A program made the position numbers and the translations under genes. From an uncultured delta proteobacterium (GTDB lineage Bacteria; Desulfobacterota; Syntrophia; Syntrophales; UBA5619), in NCBI GenBank assembly GCA_963817385.1, contig CAWFOM010000025.1, positions 32,001 to 96,000 on the forward strand: a DNA stretch of 64,000 nt, in the 5' to 3' direction. Within the stretch, counting starts at the first letter, position 1; every line of letters begins with the position of its first letter. Below, piece after piece: positions 49,817-60,465 of the stretch. The notes beneath the pieces were generated by a model that was not told where the DNA came from, made no database searches, and worked only from the letters and a program-made list of their open reading frames with translations.

Positions 49817-52330
49817 TCACGGCGTGTACGCAAAATCCCAGGTCCAGCTTATAGAGTTCGGAGCGGGGATTGCGGCGACATAGTTTCCCTTCATATGGTT
49901 GTTGACATCGAGCTGAGGAAATGTGCCGATAGCGGCTGTGCCCCACCCAAGCCCCAAGGGGAAGAGAGAGGAGTAATTGACCCCGGGAGCGGGACACTGG
50001 TAATCAACAGTCACGGTTGTCGCAGCCCCGAGCGCGGCGGTATAACGTCCATCCGAGAACAGCGTCATGACATCCTGGGATGCGGTGAACTCGGACAGGG
50101 GCACGGCCTTCTGGCCGTGGAACGTGCAGCCGCTGCCCGTCCCATCCACCGTCACCGTAGAGATCGCGCTGTCCACACGGTACTCTGTAGTCCAGCTATT
50201 CACGAGAACGGGGTGACCCCAGGTTACGGTTCCGCTCCAGACCACCGTCTGAGAGGAAGAACTGTCGGTGTATTTACTGGTGTAGGAAAAGGGGCCTGAC
50301 CACGTGCCAGCGCAGGGCGTTTTGTATGACCTGGCCGTAAATATCGCAGGGACGCTCTCGCCTAGCCTAAATTGGTGATTGCTCAGGACAAGGCGGATGT
50401 CCTCGAGCGTTTCCCCGGACTTGTCGAAGCAGAACTTCAACTCCGTCTTACCGTTCAGATCGCGCTTTTCCCAATCCTTGCCCTGGGTCTTGATCAAAGC
50501 ATCGACATCGAGGCCCGTGGCCGCGGCCAGACCATCAAGATCGAAGACCACCTGCCTGACCTCGGGATCGCTCACGGTGAACTTCAGATAGTCCGCGGTC
50601 AGAGGCTCCAGCATCGCGGTGTACGTCAACTCGGAATCGCCAATAAGCGGCCCGCCGCCGTAGGGAGGCTCGACCTTGTCCTTGCGGAATTCCGAGTCGA
50701 GGCTGATATAGCGGTCGCTCCGCGGCAAAGGATCGCCGGGCAAAAACTCGGTGTTCAGGTTGCGGACCGCAAACGTCCGGAAGTTGTCCTTGAAGGGGAA
50801 GAAGAAGTCGAGGACATTGTCCCCCTGCGCGAACGTGCTTGCGGTTTCAAGGTTCGTCCAGATGCCCCCCATCATTTCCGGGCCGCCGGCTTTCTGTTCA
50901 AGGAAGTATGCCCAGATGTAAGCATCGTACATGTGCGGCACCGTCGAGGCGTTCAGTGATTCCTTGCTTTCTTGAAACCGCTCGGTGAAGGTCCTGTGGG
51001 CCTCATCCCAGGCCCCACGGCCTCCGATCCATGGGGCGAGCTTCCGGTCGTAGTACGCGGCAGCCCACCGGGCGGAGGCCTCCGTGAACCAGTAGTGATC
51101 CATGACATTCGCCACACCGGTTCTCGGCTGTTGGCTGATATCCGCGTTGTGCGCATACTGAAGAACGTGGAAGAACTCGTGGATCACGCTCGTGTGGAAA
51201 CGATTGGAGTGAAGAAGAGATCGGGGGATCAGGATAAAGCCGCTCGTTTTTTTCCCTATTCTCGGGAAGTCCCCGAAGGTGCTTCCAAACCATTTCGGCG
51301 CGAAATCATTACCACTCCGATGAACGCTGCTCAACCAATCGACGATGTAAACATCGATTGCATTGTCTCCCCCCTCAATGTCATAGATCGGTTCGCCCAT
51401 AAGTTTGGTCATGGGAATCCAGATCTTTTCGAAGATGTCGAGTGTTTCGGTGATTGCCAATGTGCTCGCAAAATCATAGCCGGGATCACCGTTTACCTGC
51501 GCCCAAACGCGGATTGGGATCGTGCGCCGGTCCGAGACCCATTGCCACCCGGAGGCATCTCCGGCGGCTTTTGACCGTGGACTTGAGGGGACTGGGGCTT
51601 TCATGACCGAACGTGAGACAATCGGGGCCAAGGCGGTGGAAAACTGGTTGAACCAGCTCTTCGTATCCGCGGGCCGAACCGTGAAGGAGTCAAGCGCTGC
51701 CTGGAGTTCGACCGAAAAGCCACTGCGCGCGGCGACGATCTCGGAGCGCAGATTATTGTCTCCTTCTTCCGATCCCGATCCCTGGAAAGCATCGGGGAGT
51801 CTCGCATCACCATAGAGAGCATAAGCGCGATAGAGAAGCGACGTGCCGTAGTCGATTGTTCCTGAGGCGAGCGCCGCCTTAATCTTCGCCTGTGAACTGG
51901 GCTCTGCCGGCTTGACCGTAAGCGGAAGAAGCACGGTTGCATTCGATGTGCCGTTCGAACCGATGACCGAGAGATTCACGGGACCGCCTGCGGAGACGTC
52001 CGGGGTCAGGTAGATCCTGAGGAATCCGGTGCCGATGCCGCCGGCAAGAGTGAGCGTATCCGCTGTTACACCGGCTGGTGCGTTTGCAATCGTCACGGAA
52101 ACTACTCCGGTGAAACCGGACGTGCGAGCCACGGAAGCCTTGACCGTGATGCTTGAGCCTTGGAACGCAGCAGCGCTCGACGGCTCAACGGTCACGGTGT
52201 AGTCGGGATTTCCGCCGCCCCCGCCAGTGTCCACGCCCCCGTTTCCACCCCCGCCTCCACTACTGCACGAACAAAGAATCATGGCAAGATAGAGTAAACC
52301 AATGGCATGGATGGTCAATCTGGTTTTCAT
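49817..52330 (-). CDS. Large lipoprotein with HExxH zinc-metallopeptidase motif and Ig-like regions
   Basis: LCSC lipobox followed by Gly-rich linker; IHEFFHVLQY and WFTEASA. Confidence 0.7.
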   Translation of the reverse strand: MKTRLTIHAIGLLYLAMILCSCSSGGGGGNGGVDTGGGGGNPDYTVTVEPSSAAAFQGSSITVKASVARTSGFTGVVSVTIANAPAGVTADTLTLAGGIGTGFLRIYLTPDVSAGGPVNLSVIGSNGTSNATVLLPLTVKPAEPSSQAKIKAALASGTIDYGTSLLYRAYALYGDARLPDAFQGSGSEEGDNNLRSEIVAARSGFSVELQAALDSFTVRPADTKSWFNQFSTALAPIVSRSVMKAPVPSSPRSKAAGDASGWQWVSDRRTIPIRVWAQVNGDPGYDFASTLAITETLDIFEKIWIPMTKLMGEPIYDIEGGDNAIDVYIVDWLSSVHRSGNDFAPKWFGSTFGDFPRIGKKTSGFILIPRSLLHSNRFHTSVIHEFFHVLQYAHNADISQQPRTGVANVMDHYWFTEASARWAAAYYDRKLAPWIGGRGAWDEAHRTFTERFQESKESLNASTVPHMYDAYIWAYFLEQKAGGPEMMGGIWTNLETASTFAQGDNVLDFFFPFKDNFRTFAVRNLNTEFLPGDPLPRSDRYISLDSEFRKDKVEPPYGGGPLIGDSELTYTAMLEPLTADYLKFTVSDPEVRQVVFDLDGLAAATGLDVDALIKTQGKDWEKRDLNGKTELKFCFDKSGETLEDIRLVLSNHQFRLGESVPAIFTARSYKTPCAGTWSGPFSYTSKYTDSSSSQTVVWSGTVTWGHPVLVNSWTTEYRVDSAISTVTVDGTGSGCTFHGQKAVPLSEFTASQDVMTLFSDGRYTAALGAATTVTVDYQCPAPGVNYSSLFPLGLGWGTAAIGTFPQLDVNNHMKGNYVAAIPAPNSISWTWDFAYTP

Positions 52331-52605
52331 GGGGAAACCCTCCTTCGATGAAACGTGATGATACACGACCCGTGCGGGAATCCGGCCGTGTTCTTGAAAC
52401 GAAACCCCTGATGATCTACTTTCTTGCCATCAGGCCATTGATTGAAAATTGGTAAATAATTGATAAGAAATTACTTTTGTGAGGCGTGAGAATACGGAAG
52501 GGAGTCTTGTATGTCAAGGGGAATTTATCAAAATTTATCAAAACCTGTAGTGTCGAACGATGATGCTATTTCGAGAACGCACTTATTTGTGAAGAATCTA
52601 AAAAG

Positions 52606-52614
52606 TGCTATAAT
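52606..52614 (+). promoter_or_regulatory. Extended -10 promoter of the molybdoenzyme operon
   Basis: TGcTATAAT upstream of the AGGAGG RBS. Confidence 0.55.
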
Positions 52615-52650
52615 AAAAAACACATCAAATCTCGCATCATCTGATAGGAG

Positions 52651-53298
52651 GTGAATCTTATGGATGAAAAGGAGAACAAACCCCCGGAAGAAGAAAAGAG
52701 GCAGGAGGGATCTTTCAAGGTTTCCCGGCGTTCCTTCCTGAAGGGGATGGCAACGGGGACCGTTGCCGCAACTATCGTTACACTCCCCGTGCCATCGATC
52801 CCGCAGGCAGAGGCTGCCGTTCCTCCCGGAAAAAAAGAAGCCTTGATTCTCCTGAATGTCAACGACAGGCACTACCGCCTTAAGGTAAAATCGCACTGGA
52901 CGTTACTCGATGTGCTGAGGAGAGAACTGGGTCTCACCGGTACGAAGAAAGCGTGCGATCACGGCAATTGCGGCGCCTGCACGGTGATTCTTGACGGCAA
53001 AGCAGTCTACGCCTGTTCTCTTCTCGCCATCGCCATGGACGGGAGGAAGATTCTCACGGTGGAAGGGCTCCGGCAGGGTGAAAACCTCCACCCCATTCAA
53101 AAGTCCTTTTCGGAACACGGCGGCTATCAGTGCGGGTTCTGCACGTCCGGTCAGATGATGTCCGCCAAAGCGCTCCTCGACAAGAATCCGAGGCCCACCC
53201 CTGAAGACGTGCGCCTGGCCCTGGCCGGCAATCTCTGCCGCTGCGGCGCCTACCCGAAGATCATCGAATCGGTGTTAGGCGTATCCTCGAAGACGTAA
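52651..53298 (+). CDS. (2Fe-2S) subunit of xanthine dehydrogenase-family oxidoreductase with Tat motif (PaoA-like)
   Basis: SRRSFLK; CDHGNCGACTV, QCGFCT, NLCRCGAY. Confidence 0.92.
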   Translation: MNLMDEKENKPPEEEKRQEGSFKVSRRSFLKGMATGTVAATIVTLPVPSIPQAEAAVPPGKKEALILLNVNDRHYRLKVKSHWTLLDVLRRELGLTGTKKACDHGNCGACTVILDGKAVYACSLLAIAMDGRKILTVEGLRQGENLHPIQKSFSEHGGYQCGFCTSGQMMSAKALLDKNPRPTPEDVRLALAGNLCRCGAYPKIIESVLGVSSKT

Positions 53299-53308
53299 AG
53301 GAGGGGTT

Positions 53309-55547
53309 ATGTCAAGCGAACTCAACGTTGTCGGAAAGAAAGTTGAACGGGTGGACGCTTTCGAACGGCTCGTGGGCGAGGCAAAATATGCCGCCGATAT
53401 TTACCTGCCCGACATGCTCACGGTGAAGATCCTCCGAAGCCCCTATCCCCACGCAAAGGTGATGAGGATCGATGCCGCCAAAGCACAGGCCCTTCCGGGG
53501 GTGAAGGCCATCCTCACCGCGGCTGATATGCCTGACTACCCTATCCACAGAAGGGAGACACCCCCGACGGTGGTCATGCCTGTCCTTGCAACGACGGCCC
53601 GTTATGCCGGCGACGAGATCCTCGCCGTGGCGGCCGTGGATGAGGAGACGGCAGAGGAGGCCCTGGAGCTGATCAAGATTGACTATCAGATCCTTCCCTT
53701 TGTCCTCGACGTGGAAGAGGCGGTTCAACCCACCGCCCCAAAACTCTATCCTGAGGGAAATGCGATCCAGGAAAAGGCGGACATCACGATCCGCGGCAAC
53801 ATCGATGAAGGGTTCAGAGCAGGCGGAGGTGATCCTCGAAGGGAAGTACAAAACCCACATGATCCAGCATACCACCCTGGAGCCCCGCGTCACGGTGGCG
53901 AGGTGGAGCGGAAAGAGACTCACCCTATGGGATTCCCACAAAGCCCCTTTTAGCTTGCGCACCGGCCTTGCCCGGGCATTAAGCATCAGGGTCAACCAGG
54001 TCCGGGTCCTCACCCACTTCATCGGCGGCGATTTCGGCGACAAGGGCAATCTGGAGAGGCAGCATATCATCGCCGCCCTTCTGGCAAAAAAAACCAGCCG
54101 GCCCGTCAAGCTGGAGTTTACCCGCGAAGAGAACTATCTCGGGGCCCATCACCGCTATCCAACGACTTGGTATCTTAAATACGGCGCGAAGAAAGACGGG
54201 ACGCTCACCGCCATCCAGGTGAAGCTCTATGCAGATTCGGGCGCTTACTATCACTTCGACGGCGCATGGAATTCCCTCGAAGTCCCGCAAAAGGTCTACC
54301 GATGCCCCAACGTGAAGCTTGAGGGCTGGAACGTCTTTACCAATAAGCCCGAGGGTGGGCATATGCGCTGCGTCGGCCACCCGGCGGGCATGTTCCCCCA
54401 GGAGGTCCATATGGACCGTCTGGCCGAGAAGCTCGGCATCGATCCCCTGACCTTCCGCCTCAAGAACTACGCCCGGAAGGAGGACGGCGACCAGGACCGA
54501 AAGATACCCTTTTCAAGCTGCGGCATGGAGGATTGCGTCAAGCTTGCTGCGGAGCGGTTCGGTTGGGATGCACGCTGGAGGAAGCCCGGCACAAGCGAGG
54601 GCCCGGTGAAGAAGGGCCTTGGCGTGGCCTTCCAGTCGTGCAGGCACGGGTCGCAATTCGGTCCCATGTCCGCCATCATCAAGCTCGACCCGGACGGCAC
54701 GGTCGAACTCCTGAGCGGTCTCAACGACAGCGGCGGCGGCCAGAAGACGACCATGGCCATGATCGCCGCCGAGGGGCTGGGTATCCCTTACGAGGCCGTT
54801 GAAGTGACGACGGGCGATACGGACACCACAACAGACGCAGGCGGTCCTTCGGGGAGCCGGGGTACGGCCAGCATAGGCAATGCCGTAATGGACGCCGTCC
54901 GCGACGCAAAGAATCAATTGCTTGATGCCGCAGCCGAGCAATTGAAAAAGAAAAAGGAGGACCTCGAAATCAGGGACGGACGGATTTTTGTGAAGTCAGA
55001 AGAGGGTAAGTCCCTTTCCTACAAAGAGATCCTTTCGAGGGTACCCAGTCCGATCATCGGCCGCGGCACTGCCAGGCCCCCGGTAAATACCGCGACGCAC
55101 GGCTTCGGGGCCCATTTTGCGGAGGTGGCTGTGGACACGCGGACCGGCAAGGTTGAGATACTGAAGCTGATCGCAGCCCACGATGTGGGCCGGACGATCA
55201 ATCGCATCGGCTGTGAAAACCAGATTCAGGGCGGCGCCATCATGGGGATCGGCTTCGGCATGCTGGAAAAACAGCACATCGACCGGCAGACGGGCATCTG
55301 TACGAATCCCAATATGGTCGATTTCAAAATACCCTCCATCCTCGACGTGCCGATCGTTGAGCCTATTATCGTGGAATCGGACGACCCCCTTGGACCCTTC
55401 GGCGCAAAAGGGATAGGCGAGCCCCCCTATGGAGTGCCGGCTCCTGCCATCGCCAATGCCATCTACAATGCGGTGGGCGTGCGGTTTGATGAGATTCCGA
55501 TCAATATCCAGGCGGTCCTCGACGGGCTGAGCAAGGGGCAAGGATAA
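53309..55547 (+). CDS. Molybdopterin-binding subunit, xanthine dehydrogenase family (frameshift near 53815)
   Basis: RSPYPHA, IGGDFGDK, MRCVG, GSRG, QIQGG, GAKGIGEP over two overlapping ORFs. Confidence 0.9.
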
Positions 55548-55564
55548 AAAGAAAGGAGGAGCCG

Positions 55565-56554
55565 ATGAGAGGTTTTGAATATTATCAGGTAACAACGATA
55601 GCCCAGGCCACTGCTCTTCTGACCCGGCACCAGGACAAGGGCGCCATCCTCGCGGGCGGCAGCGACATGCTCGCCATGATGAAGGACAGGGTGGAAGGGC
55701 CTAAGCTTCATCCGCCCTCGCACCTCGTCGATATCAAGGGGATCAAGGATTTGAACACTATCAGCGAGCAGAGGAAGGGACTGAAAATCGGCGCCGCGAC
55801 GACCGTGAGCGATATCGCATCCTCCCCCCTGGTTGCTGCCAGATACCCTCTGCTTACCCAGGCGGCCTCTCAGGTGGCGGTTCCCCAAATCCGCAACGTA
55901 GGCACCCTGGGAGGCAATCTCTGTCAGAGACCCCGTTGCTGGTACTTCCGGGGGAAGCTCTTTAAGGAATGTTTCCGCAAGGGAGGAGATACCTGCTATG
56001 CACCGGGAGGAGAGAACCAGTATCACGCCATCTTCGGGGGAGAAAACTGCTACATGGTCTGCCCTTCCGATCTGGCCCCGGCACTGACAGTCCTCAACGC
56101 AAAGGTGGAGATCGCAGGTCCCAAGAGGAATAGGGTCGTTCCTTTGGAACAGTTCTATGTCCGACCGGAGAAAAACATCCTGAAAGAGACCATCCTCGGT
56201 CCCGCTGAAATGGTGCTGGCGGTGGAGATTCCGGCGCCGGCTTCCGGATCCAAGGGCGTTTATCTCAAGCTGAAAGAGCGTCAGGCCTTCGACTTCGCGA
56301 TGGTGAGCGTGGCTGCCATGGTTGCCATGAAGGGCAATACTGTCTCCGCAGCCCGCATTGTTCTTGGCGGCGTAGCTCCGTTCCCTTTCCGGGCAACACG
56401 CGCTGAGGCGGCACTAACGGGAAAAACGATCAAGGATGGGATGGCAGATGCCTGCAAGGCCGCAATAGAAGGGGCTCAGCCGCTGAGCGGCAACGGATAC
56501 AAGGTAAAGGCAGTGCAGGGGATAATTGAAAAGGCGCTGACCGCCCTGGTCTGA
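55565..56554 (+). CDS. FAD-binding subunit with [4Fe-4S] insert (PaoB/HcrB-like)
   Basis: AGGSD, QIRNVGTLGGNLCQRPRCWYFR, CFRKGG..C, ERQAFDF. Confidence 0.92.
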   Translation: MRGFEYYQVTTIAQATALLTRHQDKGAILAGGSDMLAMMKDRVEGPKLHPPSHLVDIKGIKDLNTISEQRKGLKIGAATTVSDIASSPLVAARYPLLTQAASQVAVPQIRNVGTLGGNLCQRPRCWYFRGKLFKECFRKGGDTCYAPGGENQYHAIFGGENCYMVCPSDLAPALTVLNAKVEIAGPKRNRVVPLEQFYVRPEKNILKETILGPAEMVLAVEIPAPASGSKGVYLKLKERQAFDFAMVSVAAMVAMKGNTVSAARIVLGGVAPFPFRATRAEAALTGKTIKDGMADACKAAIEGAQPLSGNGYKVKAVQGIIEKALTALV

Positions 56555-56656
56555 GATGGCCCGGAGTGGAACGCCTCTTGACAGATGCACAGATGCACAT
56601 CGATTATGCATTATTGATACATACAGTATTGCACATGAGGGAAAAGGGGTGAAATT

Positions 56657-56854
56657 GTGAGAACGACACTGAACATAGATGACAATCTTTTGGATCAGGC
56701 GGTGCAGTTGACCGGCATTTCGGAAAAAACCCAGTTGGTCAGACTGGGACTCGAATCACTGATCGCAAGGGAAAGCGCCAAGCGGCTGGCCCTGTTGGGT
56801 GGAACAGAGAAAGGGCTGAAGGAGATACCCCGTAGGAGAAGCGCAGGGGCATAA
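56657..56854 (+). CDS. VapB family antitoxin
   Basis: MRTTLNIDDNLL..EKTQLVRLGLESLIARESAKRLALLGG. Confidence 0.88.
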   Translation: MRTTLNIDDNLLDQAVQLTGISEKTQLVRLGLESLIARESAKRLALLGGTEKGLKEIPRRRSAGA

Positions 56855-56855
56855 C

Positions 56856-57152
56856 ATGGTCTTGGTCGATACCTCCGTATGGGTAGCGCATTTGCGCGAC
56901 GGCAATAAGAGACTTGAAGCACTGCTCCATGAAGGTCATGTCCTCTGTCATCCATTGATCGTCGGGGAATTGGTATGCGGAAATCTGAAGAATAGAAGGC
57001 CAATCCTTCGTTTTCTGGAGCAACTGCCGATGGTCGCCGTGGCCCGGCATGAAGAAGTGCTGATCTTCATCGAACGCCATGCCTTGATGGGAAAAGGGTT
57101 GGATCGGATCTCTTCTTCACTCGGGCTGTCTTATCCAGGTGGGCTGGAATAA
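56856..57152 (+). pseudogene. VapC PIN toxin, C-terminally truncated
   Basis: MVLVDTSVWV, HPLIVGEL; similarity stops after GKGL and the usual G..D..L.AS and T.D segments are missing. Confidence 0.7.
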
Positions 57153-57189
57153 CGTGAAAGCCTGCCTTACCGGTTCACAAGACCTCCAG

Positions 57190-58443
57190 CTATTTTTTCC
57201 CCGACGAATGGATGTCATCGCTTTGCTCGAAGAGAATGTCCACGTTCAGGGTTTGGTCCTGCCGTTCAATCTGCAGGAGCCCGTGCGAGCCGGGCTGCTT
57301 CTGTTTCAGGGCATAGACCAGGTCGAAGGTATCTAGCAGGGCTTCTCCATCGATGGCTATGAGCAGATCCCCCGGCCGCAGGCCGGCGCGCTCGGCATTG
57401 GAGCCCGGCGCCACGCTCTTGACCGCCAGGCCGCGGCCCGTCGGCGCGGGCTCCATCATCACACCGAGCGTGACTCCCGTTTGCGGCAGGTCTTCGTAGG
57501 CAAGGTAAACAACAAAATCATAGGGCACCATGGGAAAATCGGGAACATCGACGTCCAGCAACCGGTTTTGCTTGTCGGCCGAAAGGTTGATTTCCCTGCC
57601 GCCGATCAGGACATACGACACGGGCAGCCGGCGGAAGACGCGGCGCGGGATGCCGAAGCCGCTCTGCACGTGGTTGCCGCCGGCAACCACCAGGAGATAG
57701 TTGTCTTTGCCGGCCGGGCTCGACAGGTAGCGGGCCGCCGCCTCGGCCATGGTCTCATCCCACAGCGTCTGGATACGGACGAAACCGTCGAGCTGCATGC
57801 CCCCGTGCCTGCTGTCGCCGAAGATAGCCTCCACCAGGCCGCGGTGGTAGGGATCGGTCAGGTCGAGTTGCGGCAGCCGGGCCCGATCCTCCGCGCTGAG
57901 TTGGTCCGGGGTCTTGCTGCGCAGCGCGGTCACCAAGCTCTTTTCCGCGTTCAGGGCGATGATGGTGATGCGCCGCTCGCGCGCGAAGTTCAGCAGATCA
58001 CGGTAGTAGCCGAAGTCCATGTTCCAGTTATCGAACCAGCGCGATTCCTTGAGAAAGGTCTTCTCGTCCAGAAGGCCGGCAATCCAGCGGTCAAGGACAG
58101 GCTGCTGAGCGCGGGAAAACATCTCCATGCCGATGGCCTGGCGGCCGGGGTGGCGCTGGGCGAGGGCCTCCAGGAGCTGTACCTCCAGACGGTGCGACGC
58201 AGGGTTGTCATGGGTTTCGCCGAGATAGACAATGCGCGCATCGCCGGCGACGGCGAACATCTGCTCCTGACTGACAAGGATGCCGGTCGGCAGGTGCACG
58301 ATATCGCCGATTTTTGGCGGAGCCTGAAGGGGGTAAGGGTTCTGGGGATCGCCCATCAGGTGTTTTCCCAGGGGGGTGCAGGCGGTCAGGGCAAAAATGC
58401 TCAGCGCCGCGGTGAGATGCAAAGGGGAAGAAAAACGGATCAT
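57190..58443 (-). CDS. ChaN family lipoprotein with C-terminal PDZ domain
   Basis: LTAC lipobox; YLGETHDNP, GMEMF, QTLWDETMAE, AGGNHV; AERAGLRPGD PDZ. Confidence 0.87.
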   Translation of the reverse strand: MIRFSSPLHLTAALSIFALTACTPLGKHLMGDPQNPYPLQAPPKIGDIVHLPTGILVSQEQMFAVAGDARIVYLGETHDNPASHRLEVQLLEALAQRHPGRQAIGMEMFSRAQQPVLDRWIAGLLDEKTFLKESRWFDNWNMDFGYYRDLLNFARERRITIIALNAEKSLVTALRSKTPDQLSAEDRARLPQLDLTDPYHRGLVEAIFGDSRHGGMQLDGFVRIQTLWDETMAEAAARYLSSPAGKDNYLLVVAGGNHVQSGFGIPRRVFRRLPVSYVLIGGREINLSADKQNRLLDVDVPDFPMVPYDFVVYLAYEDLPQTGVTLGVMMEPAPTGRGLAVKSVAPGSNAERAGLRPGDLLIAIDGEALLDTFDLVYALKQKQPGSHGLLQIERQDQTLNVDILFEQSDDIHSSGKK

Positions 58444-58727
58444 GCCGCCTCCTAAACAGTTGAGGATACGATTGGTACTATCCTGATGTACTTTTATCGT
58501 GCACCCAGCCGCCCGTCGGGACGGCCGGATATGACAAGAGCTTACTTTTTCCGAGGGGGAATGTAAAGAAAAGGAGATTCATCGTCAAGAAAACAACCGG
58601 GGTGACGCGTTTTCATGGTCCGGCGGTCGGTGACCGGCCATTCAATACTCTGATGGCTCGGACGCTGCGCGCCGAGCCATCGGCGCTGCGAATTGCCATC
58701 CACTTGCTGTCCCGGCGCTTCGCGCCA

Positions 58728-58811
58728 GGCCATCAAGCGGCTGCAGCGGACAGCCGTCCCCGCGAGCAAGCTCGCGTGTACGCCAGCCGCTGATCCGCAG
58801 CGCCGTTCAAC
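58728..58811 (+). mobile_element. Degenerate attC-like site
   Basis: AAGCGGCT(G)CAGCGGAC ... CGCGAGCAAGCTCGCG ... GCCGCTGATCCGC ... GTT; inverse core AAC appears as ATC. Confidence 0.5.
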
Positions 58812-58956
58812 AATCTTGCTATCGGCAGACCGATTTCATATAATGGGCCGGCAATGAATCGGCGGGGCCTTGTCATGAATGGGCGCGTCATTGGCGTCGC
58901 CACCCCGGCCCAATAGTCTCTTCCCGGATACTGTTTCGTCGAGCGAGAGGGTGAAG

Positions 58957-60285
58957 ATGAACCGAAAAATCATCGAGAGGTTGTCGCCAAGATCATGGAC
59001 ACCCGGGTTCATCGTATCGATTTCGATCACCCTGGTTTCCCTTTTTTTGATCTATCATTTTGTCCGACCCATTCCCCCGGATACGTTGACCATGACCACG
59101 GGGATGGAGGGCGGGTCGTTCGTTGTTTTCGCCGAGCGGTATCGGCAGGTACTCGCCCGCGACGGCATCCGGGTCAAATTGATTCCCTCATCGGGGATGG
59201 TGGAGAATCTGCGGCTTTTGAGCGATGAGTCCCATGGGGTTGATGCGTCTTTCGTCCAGGGGGCGATCGGCAGGGGAGAGATCGCGGCGAATCTGGTGTC
59301 GCTGGGCAGCCTCACGTACACGCCCTTGTGGGTCTTTTACCGGGGTGATGAAATCCTTGATGACCTGTCCCAACTCAGAGGGAAGCGGATCGTCATCGGA
59401 CCCAAGGGAAGCGGCATTCAAAAGCTCTCCCTGAACCTGCTTAAGGCCGCCGCCGCCGCTGATCCTCCCACTGTTATGTATGAGTATCCTTACAACGGCG
59501 CCATGGAGGCGATCATGACGGGCAGGGCGGATGCGGTCATGGCGTTCGGTTCGGCCGACAGCCAGGTGGTGACGAAGCTGCTCAATGCAAACGGGATCAA
59601 ACTGATGAACTTCAGCCAGGCCGAGGCCTATACGCGGCTTTTCCCGGCCCTGTCGCACGTGATCCTGCCCCGGGGAGGGTTGAGCCTGCCGAAGCGGTTG
59701 CCCCCTTCGGACATCCATCTATTGTCTCCGACGGCGAACCTCATCGTCCGCAAGAGCCTGCATCCCGCCCTGGCGTATCTGCTTTTGAAGGCCTCGGTGG
59801 AGATCCACAGCGGCGCGGGATGGGTACATAAGGCGGGGGAATTCCCCTCGCTCACCAAACAGGACTACCCGATCAGCGAGCAGGCCGAGCGGTTTTACAA
59901 GTCGGGCGGCTCCCTGCTCTACCACTACCTCCCCTTCTGGGCGGCCACGTTCATCGACCGGATGATCCTGGTCCTTATCCCCTTGGGAATCCTTCTGTTC
60001 CCCGTCATTGGAATCATGCCGCGGATTTACACCTGGCGTAACCGGTCGAAGTACTACCGCTGGTACCGTGAACTGAGCAATATTGAGAAAGAATTACTGG
60101 TACATCCGCAACCGGAAGTGCTCAAGAGCTTTCGGGCGCATCTCGACCGGATCGAAAAGGCCGTCAGCGACATCCGCGTCTCGGTTGGTTTTTATGATCA
60201 GGTGTTCACGCTCAAGGAGCACATCCAGATGGTAAGGCAGAAACTGCTCAGTTTGAAGCACGAATCTCCGGATAAGTTTGATTAA
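58957..60285 (+). CDS. TAXI family TRAP solute receptor with C-terminal membrane extension
   Basis: SSGMVENL, FVQG, PLWVFYR, GPKGSG, YLPFWAATFIDR. Confidence 0.85.
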   Translation: MNRKIIERLSPRSWTPGFIVSISITLVSLFLIYHFVRPIPPDTLTMTTGMEGGSFVVFAERYRQVLARDGIRVKLIPSSGMVENLRLLSDESHGVDASFVQGAIGRGEIAANLVSLGSLTYTPLWVFYRGDEILDDLSQLRGKRIVIGPKGSGIQKLSLNLLKAAAAADPPTVMYEYPYNGAMEAIMTGRADAVMAFGSADSQVVTKLLNANGIKLMNFSQAEAYTRLFPALSHVILPRGGLSLPKRLPPSDIHLLSPTANLIVRKSLHPALAYLLLKASVEIHSGAGWVHKAGEFPSLTKQDYPISEQAERFYKSGGSLLYHYLPFWAATFIDRMILVLIPLGILLFPVIGIMPRIYTWRNRSKYYRWYRELSNIEKELLVHPQPEVLKSFRAHLDRIEKAVSDIRVSVGFYDQVFTLKEHIQMVRQKLLSLKHESPDKFD

Positions 60286-60373
60286 TGTTCAGGGCTTGCC
60301 CCGTTCCAGGGCGATGACCCCGGTTCGCGAAAAGTCCTCCATTCCCAGCGCAGGCGGGTCGGGATCTCTTCGA
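60286..60373 (-). repeat. Duplicate of the ilvN 3' end (partner 62216-62307)
   Basis: Encodes ..GMEDFSRTGVIALERGKP*; several third-position changes and a 4-bp deletion. Confidence 0.9.
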
Positions 60374-60465
60374 TCTCCTCTGTTTTTGTTCGTTTGTGCC
60401 TCTTTTGGTCTTTGTGTACGCTGGAATGACGAAAAACGGCGATGTATGAATTTTTTCCGGTTCCG

